From Thermoplasmata archaeon (GTDB lineage Archaea > Thermoplasmatota > Thermoplasmata > Lutacidiplasmatales > UBA184): a stretch of 64,000 bases of DNA. The notes beneath the pieces were generated by a model. That model saw only the letters and a list, made by a program, of their open reading frames with translations. It ran no database searches and was not told the origin of the DNA. Of the stretch, positions 28,834 through 37,784 are shown in pieces. The stretch covers positions 42,033-106,032 of the forward strand of contig JAKIWO010000002.1 of the NCBI GenBank assembly GCA_022749995.1, written 5' to 3'. A program made the position numbers and the translations under genes. Each line of letters opens with the position of its first letter. Position 1 is the stretch's first letter.

Positions 28834-28908
28834 TGGGGCCGTCCGAATTTGAATCGGAGTCTCTTGCACCCCAAGCAAGAAGGATGGACCAAGCTACCCC
28901 ACGGCCCC
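28834..28908 (-). tRNA. tRNA-Pro(GGG)
   Basis: GGGGCCG acceptor stem, anticodon arm CTTGC-TTGGGGT-GCAAG, T loop TTCAAAT; CCA not encoded. Confidence 0.95.
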
Positions 28909-28964
28909 ACGGGGTGGTCGTTCGAGCCGGCGGGACACTTAACGGTTCAGGCGCGGCGCGCCGG

Positions 28965-29144
28965 CTAGTGATGGATGAGCAGCCAGACGGCCACACCGGC
29001 GGTCCCAATGATGGCGGTGTTGAGCAACGAGAGCCAGAAGAACGACCAGAGCTCGCGGCGCCCTTCTGCAGGCGGGGTGGACGGGTCCGGCAGCGAGCCG
29101 CCCGGGGATCGTGCGTACGGGGTCTGGAAACCGCTCTCGCCCAT
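28965..29144 (-). CDS. Small single-TM protein (59 aa)
   Basis: MGESGFQTPY...ELWSFFWLSLLNTAIIGTAGVAVWLLIHH. Confidence 0.6.
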   Translation of the reverse strand: MGESGFQTPYARSPGGSLPDPSTPPAEGRRELWSFFWLSLLNTAIIGTAGVAVWLLIHH

Positions 29145-29191
29145 CGAACGATCGAGCCGTTCCCGGCTCAAAAGGCGTTCGTTAGAATGGC

Positions 29192-29872
29192 CTAGCCCGC
29201 GAACCAGGGGAGGCGGGCGGCCGGTCCCACCGGCTTGAGCACGAGGAGGTGCAGGTTCGGTCCGGGGTCGCCCGGGGCGTAGCTGTACCGGTGCGCCAGC
29301 TGATAGAGCATCCAGAGCGCTTCCTCGTCGGTGCGCACGCCCAGGGTACCGGGGACGTCGACGTGGAATCGTACCTTGAGGATGCGCAGGAGCTCCTCGA
29401 AGTCCACCGAGCCGGGGTCCCCGCCGGCGGCGGCTGCGCGCAGCATGCCGACCAGCGTGCCCGTGGCCAGCCAGAGCACTTCTTGGCGCCCGACGGTGCC
29501 CTGGTGCCAGTGCGGCTCGCTCTCCGTCCCCTTGGCTGGAAGGACCAGGATCCGCAGACCCGAGGCCGGTGGGCTCATCTTGCCGGCCCGCAGCTGCGCC
29601 CAGGCGGCCTCCGCTTCGGCGACCGTTGTGACTACCAAAATGGAGGCGCCCCCGTCCTCGGCGGTTCCGGGGATCGGTGCGGGAAAGGCGAAGCGAACCT
29701 CAATGGGGCGGGCGGATCCTTGACTCGGCCGAACCCAGAAGGCACCGTGGCTCGACCCGGGGGTCCCTCGTTGCACGCGGTCGTAGCCCAGCCGGCGGAG
29801 CGCTTGCTCCGCGGCGTGCACGGCCTCGGGTTCCGGGGCCTCGGCCCGCGCCTCCTGCGCGCGCTCGACCAT
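29192..29872 (-). CDS. Hypothetical protein
   Basis: 226-aa ORF downstream of ctaB with a globular C-terminal half; no recognised motif. Confidence 0.65.
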   Translation of the reverse strand: MVERAQEARAEAPEPEAVHAAEQALRRLGYDRVQRGTPGSSHGAFWVRPSQGSARPIEVRFAFPAPIPGTAEDGGASILVVTTVAEAEAAWAQLRAGKMSPPASGLRILVLPAKGTESEPHWHQGTVGRQEVLWLATGTLVGMLRAAAAGGDPGSVDFEELLRILKVRFHVDVPGTLGVRTDEEALWMLYQLAHRYSYAPGDPGPNLHLLVLKPVGPAARLPWFAG

Positions 29873-29926
29873 GGCAGGAGATTCGACGGCGGCCTTCGTG
29901 ATAACCTAGACGTTGGTGGTGAAGGT

Positions 29927-30823
29927 TCAGAAACCCCAACGCAGCCCCGGATGCAACACGTATCCATTGGCCACGAGGAGAATCAGCAGGGCGAGCAGGT
30001 ACGGCCCGGAGAAGACGAATCCGAGTCGTGCCCAGCGGCGGGCGGGGGATCGCCACAGGGGGATCGTAAGCGCCGTGAACAGGACGGCGAGCACCACCAC
30101 GGCGATGGCGACCGCAGGCAGGAGCGGGGCGGTGAACAGCAGCAGCGCACTGGCGGGAACCAGCAGCGCGGCGCTCACCACGACGACCTTCGCGGAGAAG
30201 GCCGGGTCCTCCATGCGCGGCAGCATGGGCAGGCCGGCCCGGCGGTAATCCTCGCGCAGCAACAGCGCGAGGCTCCAGAAGTGCGGCGGGGTCCATAGGA
30301 ACACGACCAGCGCCAACGCGAGCGCCCCCGTCGTCCAGTGTCCTACGGCGGCGGCGCTCCCGGCCAGCGCGGGCGCGCTGCCGGCAGCGCCTCCGAGCAC
30401 GATGTTCCAGCTCGAGCGACGCTTGAGCCACAGCGTGTAGACGACCACGTAGCTGAGCGTGCCCAGGAGGATCGATAGCCCCGTGAGCGGATTGAGCAGC
30501 AGCGCCGCTCCCCCCACGCTCACCGCGGAGAGGGTCAGGCCGACCCCGAGCACTCTCGAGGGGGGATCGATCCGGTGACCCGGCAGCGGCCGGTCCTGGG
30601 TCCGGTGCATCCGCTCATCGAGGTCCCGGTCCAGGTAGTGGTTGAGCATCGCGGCGCCCGCGCTCCCGAGGGCGCCGAGCCCGAGCAACAACAGGAGCGA
30701 GCGGAGGTTCACCGGTCCGCTCAGGGCGACGAAGTAGCCCGCGGCCGCCACGGCGACGATGAGGGCGCTGATGGTCGGCTTGCTCAACTCAATGTAGTCG
30801 GAGAGCCGCGAGCGCGCCGCCAC
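29927..30823 (-). CDS. ctaB: Protoheme IX farnesyltransferase (heme O synthase)
   Basis: LSKP, NHYLDRDLDERMHRTQDRPLP, YTLWLKR, WTPPHFWSLAL, DYRRAGLPMLP. Confidence 0.96.
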   Translation of the reverse strand: MAARSRLSDYIELSKPTISALIVAVAAAGYFVALSGPVNLRSLLLLLGLGALGSAGAAMLNHYLDRDLDERMHRTQDRPLPGHRIDPPSRVLGVGLTLSAVSVGGAALLLNPLTGLSILLGTLSYVVVYTLWLKRRSSWNIVLGGAAGSAPALAGSAAAVGHWTTGALALALVVFLWTPPHFWSLALLLREDYRRAGLPMLPRMEDPAFSAKVVVVSAALLVPASALLLFTAPLLPAVAIAVVVLAVLFTALTIPLWRSPARRWARLGFVFSGPYLLALLILLVANGYVLHPGLRWGF

Positions 30824-30873
30824 GGTCGGCCCTCTCCCCTTGACGGGATAACGCTGGTGTTCTCGACCCGGGA

Positions 30874-31434
30874 CTAGCTCTCGGCCGGCTGCGGGAGCGG
30901 CAGCCGGGAGCGGAACTCCGGCGCCCGGGCGAGTCGCTCCTCGGGCCGTTCTTCACCGGCCTCGAGCGCCCACCGGGTCCAGCGCCGCGGGAGGTAGCGC
31001 AGATTGGCGATGAGCACGAGGACCAGCAGGAGGAGGAAGAGCACCGTGGCCACCGCGAAGTGCAGGAGCACGACCCCGACCGCGAGACCGGTCTCCACGA
31101 CGATCGCCCCGAGCACGGCCTGCAGGACCACCGTGACACCGCACGCGATCGACAGGCGCAGTAGCGCCGGTCGGCGGCGTTCCCAGAGGATCGCCGTCAC
31201 CGTCAGCGCGAGCACCAGGAGGGAGAGCCCAAGCGCTCCCACGCGGTGCATCGATTCCACGCCTGCGGCACCGGTGACCGGGGGCACCACCTGCGTGCCG
31301 AAGCAGGTGGGCCAGGACGGACAGGCCAGCCCCGAGCCGCTCGCCATCACGTTGCCCCCGAGGAGCACCGTGACGTAGCAGGCCCCGAAGGCGAGGGCCG
31401 CCAGCACTCCGAACAGCCGATGCCGGTCCGGCAT
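30874..31434 (-). CDS. ctaA: Short (4-TM) heme A synthase, COX15/CtaA
   Basis: GSGLACPSWPTC, ESMHR, QAVLGA, LHFAVA. Confidence 0.9.
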   Translation of the reverse strand: MPDRHRLFGVLAALAFGACYVTVLLGGNVMASGSGLACPSWPTCFGTQVVPPVTGAAGVESMHRVGALGLSLLVLALTVTAILWERRRPALLRLSIACGVTVVLQAVLGAIVVETGLAVGVVLLHFAVATVLFLLLLVLVLIANLRYLPRRWTRWALEAGEERPEERLARAPEFRSRLPLPQPAES

Positions 31435-31438
31435 CGCG

Positions 31439-33148
31439 CTAGCTTCCCTCGGCCCGCGCCGGTGCGGCGGTCGGCAACGGCACGTTCGGCCGGTGGGGCT
31501 GGGCCGAGGGAGCCGGGATTGGCGTCGGTCCGGTCATCGTGCTCGGCAGCGGTTCGCCCCAGGGGTCGGCTTGGGTCACGGGCGCGCCGCCGTAGTAGGA
31601 GTAGACCATGTTGGCAGCGAAGATGAGCTGCCCGATCCCGAGGATGAAGGCGCCGAGGCTCGAGAGGAGGTTGAGCAACTGGAACTGCTCGGTCGGCAGG
31701 TACGTGTAGACCCGGCGGGGGAGTCCCTCGGCGCCGAGGATGAACCAGGGGAACAGGAGCAGGTTCGCCCCGACGTAGGTCAGCAGGAAGTGCAGCTGGG
31801 CCATCGTCTGGTTGTACCAGCGGCGGGTCCAGATCGGGAAGTAGAAGTAGATCCCCGCGAAGATCGCGAACAGCGTGCCCCCGACGAGGATGTAGTGGAA
31901 GTGGGCCACGACGAAGTACGTCGCGTGGTACAGGTAGTCGATCGGGATCGAGGCGAGCATCAGCCCCGAGAGCCCGCCGATCACGAATCCGGTGATGAAT
32001 CCGAGGCACCACCACATCGGTGTGGCCATCCAGATCCGGCCGCCCCAGAGCGTGGCGATCCAGTTGAACGTCTTCACCGCGCTCGGCACCGCGATCGCCA
32101 TCGTGCTCAGCATGAACACGAACCGGACGTCGGTGCTGAGCCCCGTGACGAACATGTGGTGCTCCCACACGGCGAAGCTGAGTACAGCAAACACCCCGAG
32201 CGCGATCACCATCGCAGCGTAGCCGAAGATGTCCTTGCGGGCCAGCTTCGGTAGGATCGTGGAGATGAGGCCGAACGCCGGCAGCACCATGATGTACACT
32301 TCGGGGTGCGCGAAGAACCAGAACATGTTCTGGTACAGCAGCGCCCCCCCGAGCGGGGTGCCGTTGGTGGCCGCGAGCAGGTGCGTGCCGAGGTTCCGGT
32401 CGGCGAGCACCATGGTGAGCGCGATGGAGAGGGACGGGAGCGCGAACAGGAGCAGGATGGAGTTGATGAACGTCGCCCAGACGAACAGCGGCATGTTCCA
32501 GTAGTGGACACCCGGAGCGCGGTGCTTCGTGACGGTGACGATGAAGTTGATCGCGCCCAGCATCGAAGAGATGGACAGGATGTGCAGCCCGAGCACCCAC
32601 AGGTCGATGCCGTGGGGGTTGTCGACCGGCGACTGCAGCGAGAGCGGCACGTAGCCGGTCCAGCCGGCGGAGGCGTTGGACAGGAGTAGGATGATCCCGG
32701 CCGGCGGGATCATCCAGAACGCGATCGCGTTGATCCGGGGCAGCGCCATCTCCTTGGCGCCGATCATCGAGGGGAGCAGGTAGTTGCCGAACCCGGAGAG
32801 GGTCGGGATGATGAACATGAAGATCATCAGCACCCCGTGCATCGTGAACAGCACCGAGTAGACATCCGGCGTGATCCCGAGCGTCGTCTCGGGCGATAGG
32901 CCGAGACCCTGCACCACGCCCAGGTCGGTGCGGATGACGGTGGCGTAGATGCCGCCGATGAAAAAGAAGGTGAGACCGGTGACGATGTACATGATCCCGA
33001 TCCGCTTGTGGTCGCTCGTGAACAGCCAGAGCTTGGCCACGCGGACGAACCAGGTCCCGCGTTTCGAAAGGAACCACAGCACCAGCGCAGTGCCGACGAC
33101 GACGAGGGCGGCCTCGAGGAGTACGTTGAGGTCGGAGGAGTCGATCAT
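31439..33148 (-). CDS. coxA: Heme-copper oxidase subunit I, A1-type
   Basis: [48 protein letters not shown]. Confidence 0.97.
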   Translation of the reverse strand: MIDSSDLNVLLEAALVVVGTALVLWFLSKRGTWFVRVAKLWLFTSDHKRIGIMYIVTGLTFFFIGGIYATVIRTDLGVVQGLGLSPETTLGITPDVYSVLFTMHGVLMIFMFIIPTLSGFGNYLLPSMIGAKEMALPRINAIAFWMIPPAGIILLLSNASAGWTGYVPLSLQSPVDNPHGIDLWVLGLHILSISSMLGAINFIVTVTKHRAPGVHYWNMPLFVWATFINSILLLFALPSLSIALTMVLADRNLGTHLLAATNGTPLGGALLYQNMFWFFAHPEVYIMVLPAFGLISTILPKLARKDIFGYAAMVIALGVFAVLSFAVWEHHMFVTGLSTDVRFVFMLSTMAIAVPSAVKTFNWIATLWGGRIWMATPMWWCLGFITGFVIGGLSGLMLASIPIDYLYHATYFVVAHFHYILVGGTLFAIFAGIYFYFPIWTRRWYNQTMAQLHFLLTYVGANLLLFPWFILGAEGLPRRVYTYLPTEQFQLLNLLSSLGAFILGIGQLIFAANMVYSYYGGAPVTQADPWGEPLPSTMTGPTPIPAPSAQPHRPNVPLPTAAPARAEGS

Positions 33149-33155
33149 GGGACCT

Positions 33156-33536
33156 CTAGGCGAGGATTCCCCCGAGCAGGTACGCCAGCAGGAGCACGGC
33201 GCCGATCACCACAGCCACCTTGAGCAGCCGCGCCGCGTCCGCCTCGCCGAGGAGCCGCCCCGGCGTCGGGTGCACACGCCGGCCCTCTGGCCACTCGCGG
33301 TAGGCCCGGTCGACGAGGTGCACCATCAGCGCCCCGAACAGGAACAGCAGCGCGACGGCGAGTCCGAACGACTCCTCGACCCCGGGGCCCAGGATGGTGC
33401 CCAGCGTGAGCACGTACCCCACGAGCAGTCCGATCGCGGCGAGGCACAGGACGGCGACCACGAGATAGGTGTCGAAGACCCGACGTCGCAGCTCGGCGTA
33501 CGCGGCCTCTCGGAGCGGGGCGATCGACTCACTCAA
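33156..33536 (-). CDS. Small 3-TM membrane protein in the oxidase operon
   Basis: 126 aa; overlaps the upstream ORF by 8 nt and ends 7 nt before coxA. Confidence 0.8.
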   Translation of the reverse strand: MSESIAPLREAAYAELRRRVFDTYLVVAVLCLAAIGLLVGYVLTLGTILGPGVEESFGLAVALLFLFGALMVHLVDRAYREWPEGRRVHPTPGRLLGEADAARLLKVAVVIGAVLLLAYLLGGILA

Positions 33537-33783
33537 AGAGCTCGACCCTCCGATGCGGTACGCCCCGGAGCCGGTCCACTCGATACAGGATCCCGGTCAG
33601 GAGGAGGAACAGAACGACCGTCACGAACAGTGCGGCCACGAGTGCGGCGAGGTCGAGGAACGACCCGCTCGGGCCGAGCAGCCTCGTAGCGGCCCAGACG
33701 ACGAAGGCGGAACCGACCGTCCCCAGCGTGAGGAGCAGCAGGAGCACGCCCCAGAGCACCCCGGTGCGGTAGCTCTCCGGCAT
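33529..33783 (-). CDS. Small 2-TM membrane protein in the oxidase operon
   Basis: 84 aa; ATG overlaps the cytochrome b stop (TAATG). Confidence 0.8.
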   Translation of the reverse strand: MPESYRTGVLWGVLLLLLTLGTVGSAFVVWAATRLLGPSGSFLDLAALVAALFVTVVLFLLLTGILYRVDRLRGVPHRRVELFE

Positions 33784-35141
33784 TAGTGGCCCCCTGCCCC
33801 GGCCGCCGTCGGGCGCCCCGCGCTGCTCGGCCGCCCGGCGGGTGCCACCGCGTAGATACCGGGAAGACGCAGCGCCCGCTCCCGCGCCTCAAGCCGGGCG
33901 CGATAGCTCGCCCGATACCGCAGATAGAACCAAGACACCACGACGGCGTTCACGGCGACTATCGGTGCGATCCGCAGCGCGACCTGGTCCGGCGGGATGG
34001 CAAGACCCGGGGTGAGCCCGCCCCAGACGGTCATCAGGATGAAGAATCCCATGAGCGAGTTGCCGATGAACAGGAACAGAGGACGGTCACGCGGGTGGGT
34101 GCGCGGGGAACGATCGAGGAACGGCAGCAGCAGGACGTAGAGGATGACCGCCGTGGTGATGCCGATGGCCAGCACCGGCGTGATGCCCTGGAAATCCACC
34201 ATCTTGAACAGCCAGAGGAAGTACCAGTCCGGCTCGGTCACCGCCTGCGGCGCGGCGGTGTTCCCGACGTAGGTCGGCAGCTGCCACGGCCACAGGGCCG
34301 CGATCCCGAACAGCAGCCCGAGGTACAGGAGCGCCCACTTCGTCATGTAGAAGAAGATGTGCGGCCAGAACGGTACACCGCTCTCGTCCTCCTTCGCGGT
34401 GAATCGCCGACGTTGGACGGGGTCGGAGCTGGCCGGAGGTGCAATGCCGTGCGCTTCGAACAGCGAGATGTGGGCGTACAGCAGCGCCCCGAGCGCAAGC
34501 GGCAGGAGCACGACGTGCGCCGCGAACATGCGCGAGAGCAGCCCTTGCCCGGTGCCATCGGCCAGGATGAACGGTCCGAGGAGCGTGCCGAAGGTGGGGA
34601 GCCGCAGCGCCAGCACGAGCCCGACCTGGGTCGCGTTGTAGCTGATCTGAGTGTACGGGAGGATGTAGCCGGTGAACCCCATGCCGAGGGTGGTCAGCAT
34701 GAGGAGCGTGCCGACCATCCAGCTGAACTCGCGCGGCGCCTTGTAGACACCGAGATAGTAGCCCCGGTAGAAGTGGACGATCGCGAGGAAGATCATCGCG
34801 TACGAGCCGTAGAGGTGGCTCGAGAGGAGCAGCGACCCCATCGGCAGCGAGTTCACGATGTAGGAGGTGGAGCACCACGCCGCCGGTGAGCTCGAGAGTT
34901 GACCGGCCACCTGACCGCAGGCGGTGTAGGTCGGGTTCACGCTGGGCTGATAGTACAGGAGCAGCAGCAGCCCCGAGACCACTTGGTACAGGAACGCCGT
35001 GACGACGAAGGCGCCGGTCCAGTAGCTCGGCTTGAAGGTGAACGCCGGCTGCGGGCGGAGCGCCCACTTCGGAATGCCGGCCCGGTCCTCGATGAACCCC
35101 CAGGTGCGGTTGAGGGTCCGGTTGAACCACCGATCGAACAT
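33783..35141 (-). CDS. petB: Cytochrome b of a Rieske/cytochrome b complex (unsplit)
   Basis: Four heme His (SHLYG, VHFYR, AHVVL, AHISL), APREFSW, GYILP, PDWY Qo motif, PFLDRS. Confidence 0.95.
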   Translation of the reverse strand: MFDRWFNRTLNRTWGFIEDRAGIPKWALRPQPAFTFKPSYWTGAFVVTAFLYQVVSGLLLLLYYQPSVNPTYTACGQVAGQLSSSPAAWCSTSYIVNSLPMGSLLLSSHLYGSYAMIFLAIVHFYRGYYLGVYKAPREFSWMVGTLLMLTTLGMGFTGYILPYTQISYNATQVGLVLALRLPTFGTLLGPFILADGTGQGLLSRMFAAHVVLLPLALGALLYAHISLFEAHGIAPPASSDPVQRRRFTAKEDESGVPFWPHIFFYMTKWALLYLGLLFGIAALWPWQLPTYVGNTAAPQAVTEPDWYFLWLFKMVDFQGITPVLAIGITTAVILYVLLLPFLDRSPRTHPRDRPLFLFIGNSLMGFFILMTVWGGLTPGLAIPPDQVALRIAPIVAVNAVVVSWFYLRYRASYRARLEARERALRLPGIYAVAPAGRPSSAGRPTAAGAGGH

Positions 35142-35147
35142 CGTCGG

Positions 35148-35873
35148 TTAGCTCGGGAAGAAACAAGCGACGACCGGGGACTGCTTCTGGAGCTGGCTCG
35201 TCGCGCCGACGCCGTAGTCCCCCTGCAGCGTGTCGAAGTGCCCGTTGACCGGGGGACCGACCACGCCGATCGCCGAGAGCGTGTCGTCGCTGGTGTTCCA
35301 GTCGAGCGTGACCTGCGGCAGGGGGAGCACTGCCGGCCCGGTCAGGTTGGAGGCTCCGTTGGTGACGTCGTAAGTGGAGCCGTGGCAGCTGCAGTGGAGG
35401 TAGAACGCGAGCGAGCCGAAGCTCTTCGCGCAGGTACCGGGAGGGTAGTAGGCGATCGCCGGTGCCGGACAGCCCAGGTGCTGGCAGATCGCGGAGAAGG
35501 CGACGATCGACTTCTGCGGTCCGACGCCTCCGACGACGTTGGTCGCGCCCCCCGAACCGCCGGCCGGCGGGGCGAGGTTGAGGAGGAAGTTCGGCTCGTT
35601 CCGCAGCGGGTAGGCGAACGTGTAGACGTCGGGCGTGGTGACGTTGTACTCCTTCATCACTTTCGTCGCGGTCAGCGGCGATCCGTCCAGGTCGAGCAGC
35701 CCGACCTTCGGGTAGCTGCTCAGACCGACGATGGGCGGCTTGCCGACGTACTGGAGCGAGGCCACACCGAGACCACCGGCGCCCACCGCGATCGCGCCGC
35801 CGGCCACGAGCAGCTTAAGTACGTTGCGACGGGTCTCATCGACCTCTTCGCCTCCCGAGGACGCGGAGGCCAC
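35148..35873 (-). CDS. petA: Rieske [2Fe-2S] protein with Tat signal anchor
   Basis: TRRNVLK Tat motif, CQHLGC and CSCHGSTYD boxes, GPAVLPLP; start taken as GTG 35873. Confidence 0.95.
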   Translation of the reverse strand: MASASSGGEEVDETRRNVLKLLVAGGAIAVGAGGLGVASLQYVGKPPIVGLSSYPKVGLLDLDGSPLTATKVMKEYNVTTPDVYTFAYPLRNEPNFLLNLAPPAGGSGGATNVVGGVGPQKSIVAFSAICQHLGCPAPAIAYYPPGTCAKSFGSLAFYLHCSCHGSTYDVTNGASNLTGPAVLPLPQVTLDWNTSDDTLSAIGVVGPPVNGHFDTLQGDYGVGATSQLQKQSPVVACFFPS

Positions 35874-35953
35874 CCGCCGCACCTGACCGACCGGCAGCTC
35901 GGCGTAGGCGCGAGCGTGCTCGAGCACCGGACAGCTCGGAGGGCAACCGAAGC

Positions 35954-36139
35954 TCATCGGAGGCTCCTCCCCACCGTCATCTCGTGGACATCCTCCGGCT
36001 CGTTCGGGTCCGGGATCGGCGCCGTCCCGGGGAGTTCCGCCTTCTCGCTGCCGTAGAACACGGCCCAGGTGATCGCGATGCCTAGGAGCGTGACCCCCAC
36101 CTCCACGAAAGTGATCGTGTCGTACGCCGAGAGCGTCAT
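35954..36139 (-). CDS. Small single-TM protein (61 aa)
   Basis: MTLSAYDTITFVEVGVTLLGIAITWAVFYG...; ATG overlaps the upstream stop (ATGA). Confidence 0.7.
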   Translation of the reverse strand: MTLSAYDTITFVEVGVTLLGIAITWAVFYGSEKAELPGTAPIPDPNEPEDVHEMTVGRSLR

Positions 36140-36561
36140 GGGGACGGGCCTGCGGACTCGGTGGAACGGACGCCCGTGGCGGAGGCCGAGGAGGCCCACG
36201 ACCAGCTGCCCGGGCCGAGCGCGGAGACGGCGCAGGCCGTAGCGACCGGCTCCAGGCGCACGGCGACCGAGGTCAACGTGGCGGCCGGAGCCGCGGAGAC
36301 CGCGACGGGCACGGCGCCCGCGTGCGCCATCGGCGCCGGGTCCGTTGCCGTGAGGAGGAATCCCCGGAAGCCCGCGCCGCCGGTCGGAAGGGGGATACCG
36401 GCGTTGGCCGAGAGCTCGCCGAGCAACTCGTTCTTCAGATTCATCGCGCGGCCGTACCACCGACCCAGCGTGCGCAACGTGCCCTTGCCTTGCGGACCGA
36501 GGAGCAGCATCGCTCCCACACCGAGCAGGACGATCCAGTCGACCTCGCTGAAGAGCGCCAG
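36136..36561 (-). CDS. TatA/TatB-like protein, probable CTG start
   Basis: (M)ALFSEVDWIVLLGVGAMLLLGP plus amphipathic helix TLRTLGRWYGRAMNLKNEL; directly follows tatC. Confidence 0.7.
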   Translation of the reverse strand: MALFSEVDWIVLLGVGAMLLLGPQGKGTLRTLGRWYGRAMNLKNELLGELSANAGIPLPTGGAGFRGFLLTATDPAPMAHAGAVPVAVSAAPAATLTSVAVRLEPVATACAVSALGPGSWSWASSASATGVRSTESAGPSP

Positions 36562-36567
36562 GCTAGT

Positions 36568-37392
36568 TCACCCCGCTCCGATCGGCGCGAGGGTCCGCGC
36601 GCGCCGGGCTTCCCAGCGGGCGGCGAACCACGTTCCCCCCAGGTAGAGCCCCACCATCGGGGTTGCGATGAGCAGCATCGTGATCCCGGAATTGTCCGGC
36701 GTGACCACCATGCCGAAGAACAGCGCCCCAATCACGGCGGCCCGCCAGTGCTGGCGCCAGCTCGCCGCCGGCACGAGCCCCAGCCGGGTCAGGGTGTAGA
36801 TGAAGACCGGCAGCTCGAAGACGACGCCGAAGGCGAGGGAGTACAGGAGCGTGAAGGTCACGAAGTCCTGTACGCCGAGCACGGGGGCGAGGCCCATCGC
36901 CCGGACGTAGTCGAACAGGAACCGGAAGGTGAGCGGCGTGAGCAGGAACAACCCCGCGGAGAAGCCTACCGCGAACAGGAAGGTGGCCGGGATGCCGATC
37001 CGCCGCAGCAGCTCCCGTTCGTTGCGACGGAGCGCCGGGACGAGGAACGCGCCGACCTCGTGGATGATCCACGGCATGCCCACGACGAGGGTCAGCAGGA
37101 TCGCGATCTCGAATTGGGCGACGATCGAGTCGCCCACGCCGACGTTGAGCAGCGTCACGCCCGGCGGGAGCATGTACGCCACGAGCAGCCGGAAGAGCTG
37201 CGCGGTGACGTTGTAGAAGATGTTGGGGTACGGATAGGCGAGCCAGAGCCGATGGCCGGCGAGCACCACGGTGGTGGTGCGGATCTGAAAGGTGACGAGG
37301 AATCCGAGCATTGGTCCGAGGACCAGCGCGATCCGGATCAGCCGACGGCGTAACTCGCCCACCACCTCCAAGACCCGGTCGAGACCGTGCAT
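36568..37392 (-). CDS. tatC: Twin-arginine translocase TatC
   Basis: ELRRRL, FLVPALRRNE, FGVVFELP, VVTPD, PMVGLY. Confidence 0.95.
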   Translation of the reverse strand: MHGLDRVLEVVGELRRRLIRIALVLGPMLGFLVTFQIRTTTVVLAGHRLWLAYPYPNIFYNVTAQLFRLLVAYMLPPGVTLLNVGVGDSIVAQFEIAILLTLVVGMPWIIHEVGAFLVPALRRNERELLRRIGIPATFLFAVGFSAGLFLLTPLTFRFLFDYVRAMGLAPVLGVQDFVTFTLLYSLAFGVVFELPVFIYTLTRLGLVPAASWRQHWRAAVIGALFFGMVVTPDNSGITMLLIATPMVGLYLGGTWFAARWEARRARTLAPIGAG

Positions 37393-37488
37393 CGCTCACC
37401 GTCCTCGGACCGCGCGGCCGATGCCGACGGAGGGCCCCACCCCGTCCCGTCGAGAGAACCCCCCCGGGGCCATCGTCGAGGGAAGGGT

Positions 37489-37680
37489 TCAGCGCGGTGG
37501 GGCGGCGACGGCCCCGGCCTGCGACGCCTTGAGCTCCTGCTCGACCTCTAGGCGTCCCTTCTTGAACTCGCCCATGGCCCGGCCGAGGCTGTGCGCGAGC
37601 TTCGGGATCTTGCTCGACCCATAGAACAGCACGGCCACGATCACGGCGATGATGAGCCAGTCGTCCAGACTATCGAACAT
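37489..37680 (-). CDS. tatA: Twin-arginine translocase TatA
   Basis: MFDSLDDWLIIAVIVAVLFYGSSKIPKLAHSLGRAMGEFKKG; GGAGG SD. Confidence 0.95.
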   Translation of the reverse strand: MFDSLDDWLIIAVIVAVLFYGSSKIPKLAHSLGRAMGEFKKGRLEVEQELKASQAGAVAAPPR

Positions 37681-37746
37681 CGGTAACCACTCCTCCGCAC
37701 CAGCCCGAACTCGGGGCATATGGCGTTCGTACCGGGGGACCCAACC

Positions 37747-37778
37747 GGTCCGTACGGTTCGAACCCGGCCCGTATAAA
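37747..37778 (-). promoter_or_regulatory. tatA promoter: TATA box plus GGTTCGAACC palindrome
   Basis: Minus strand TTTATAcgggccgGGTTCGAACCgtacggacc; near-identical to the element at 38827-38857. Confidence 0.65.
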
Positions 37779-37784
37779 CGAGGG

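Noticed and set aside
37756..37765. GGTTCGAACC as a tRNA T-arm remnant or att site
   Set aside because: No cloverleaf or integrase nearby; its fixed position after TATA boxes fits an operator better.
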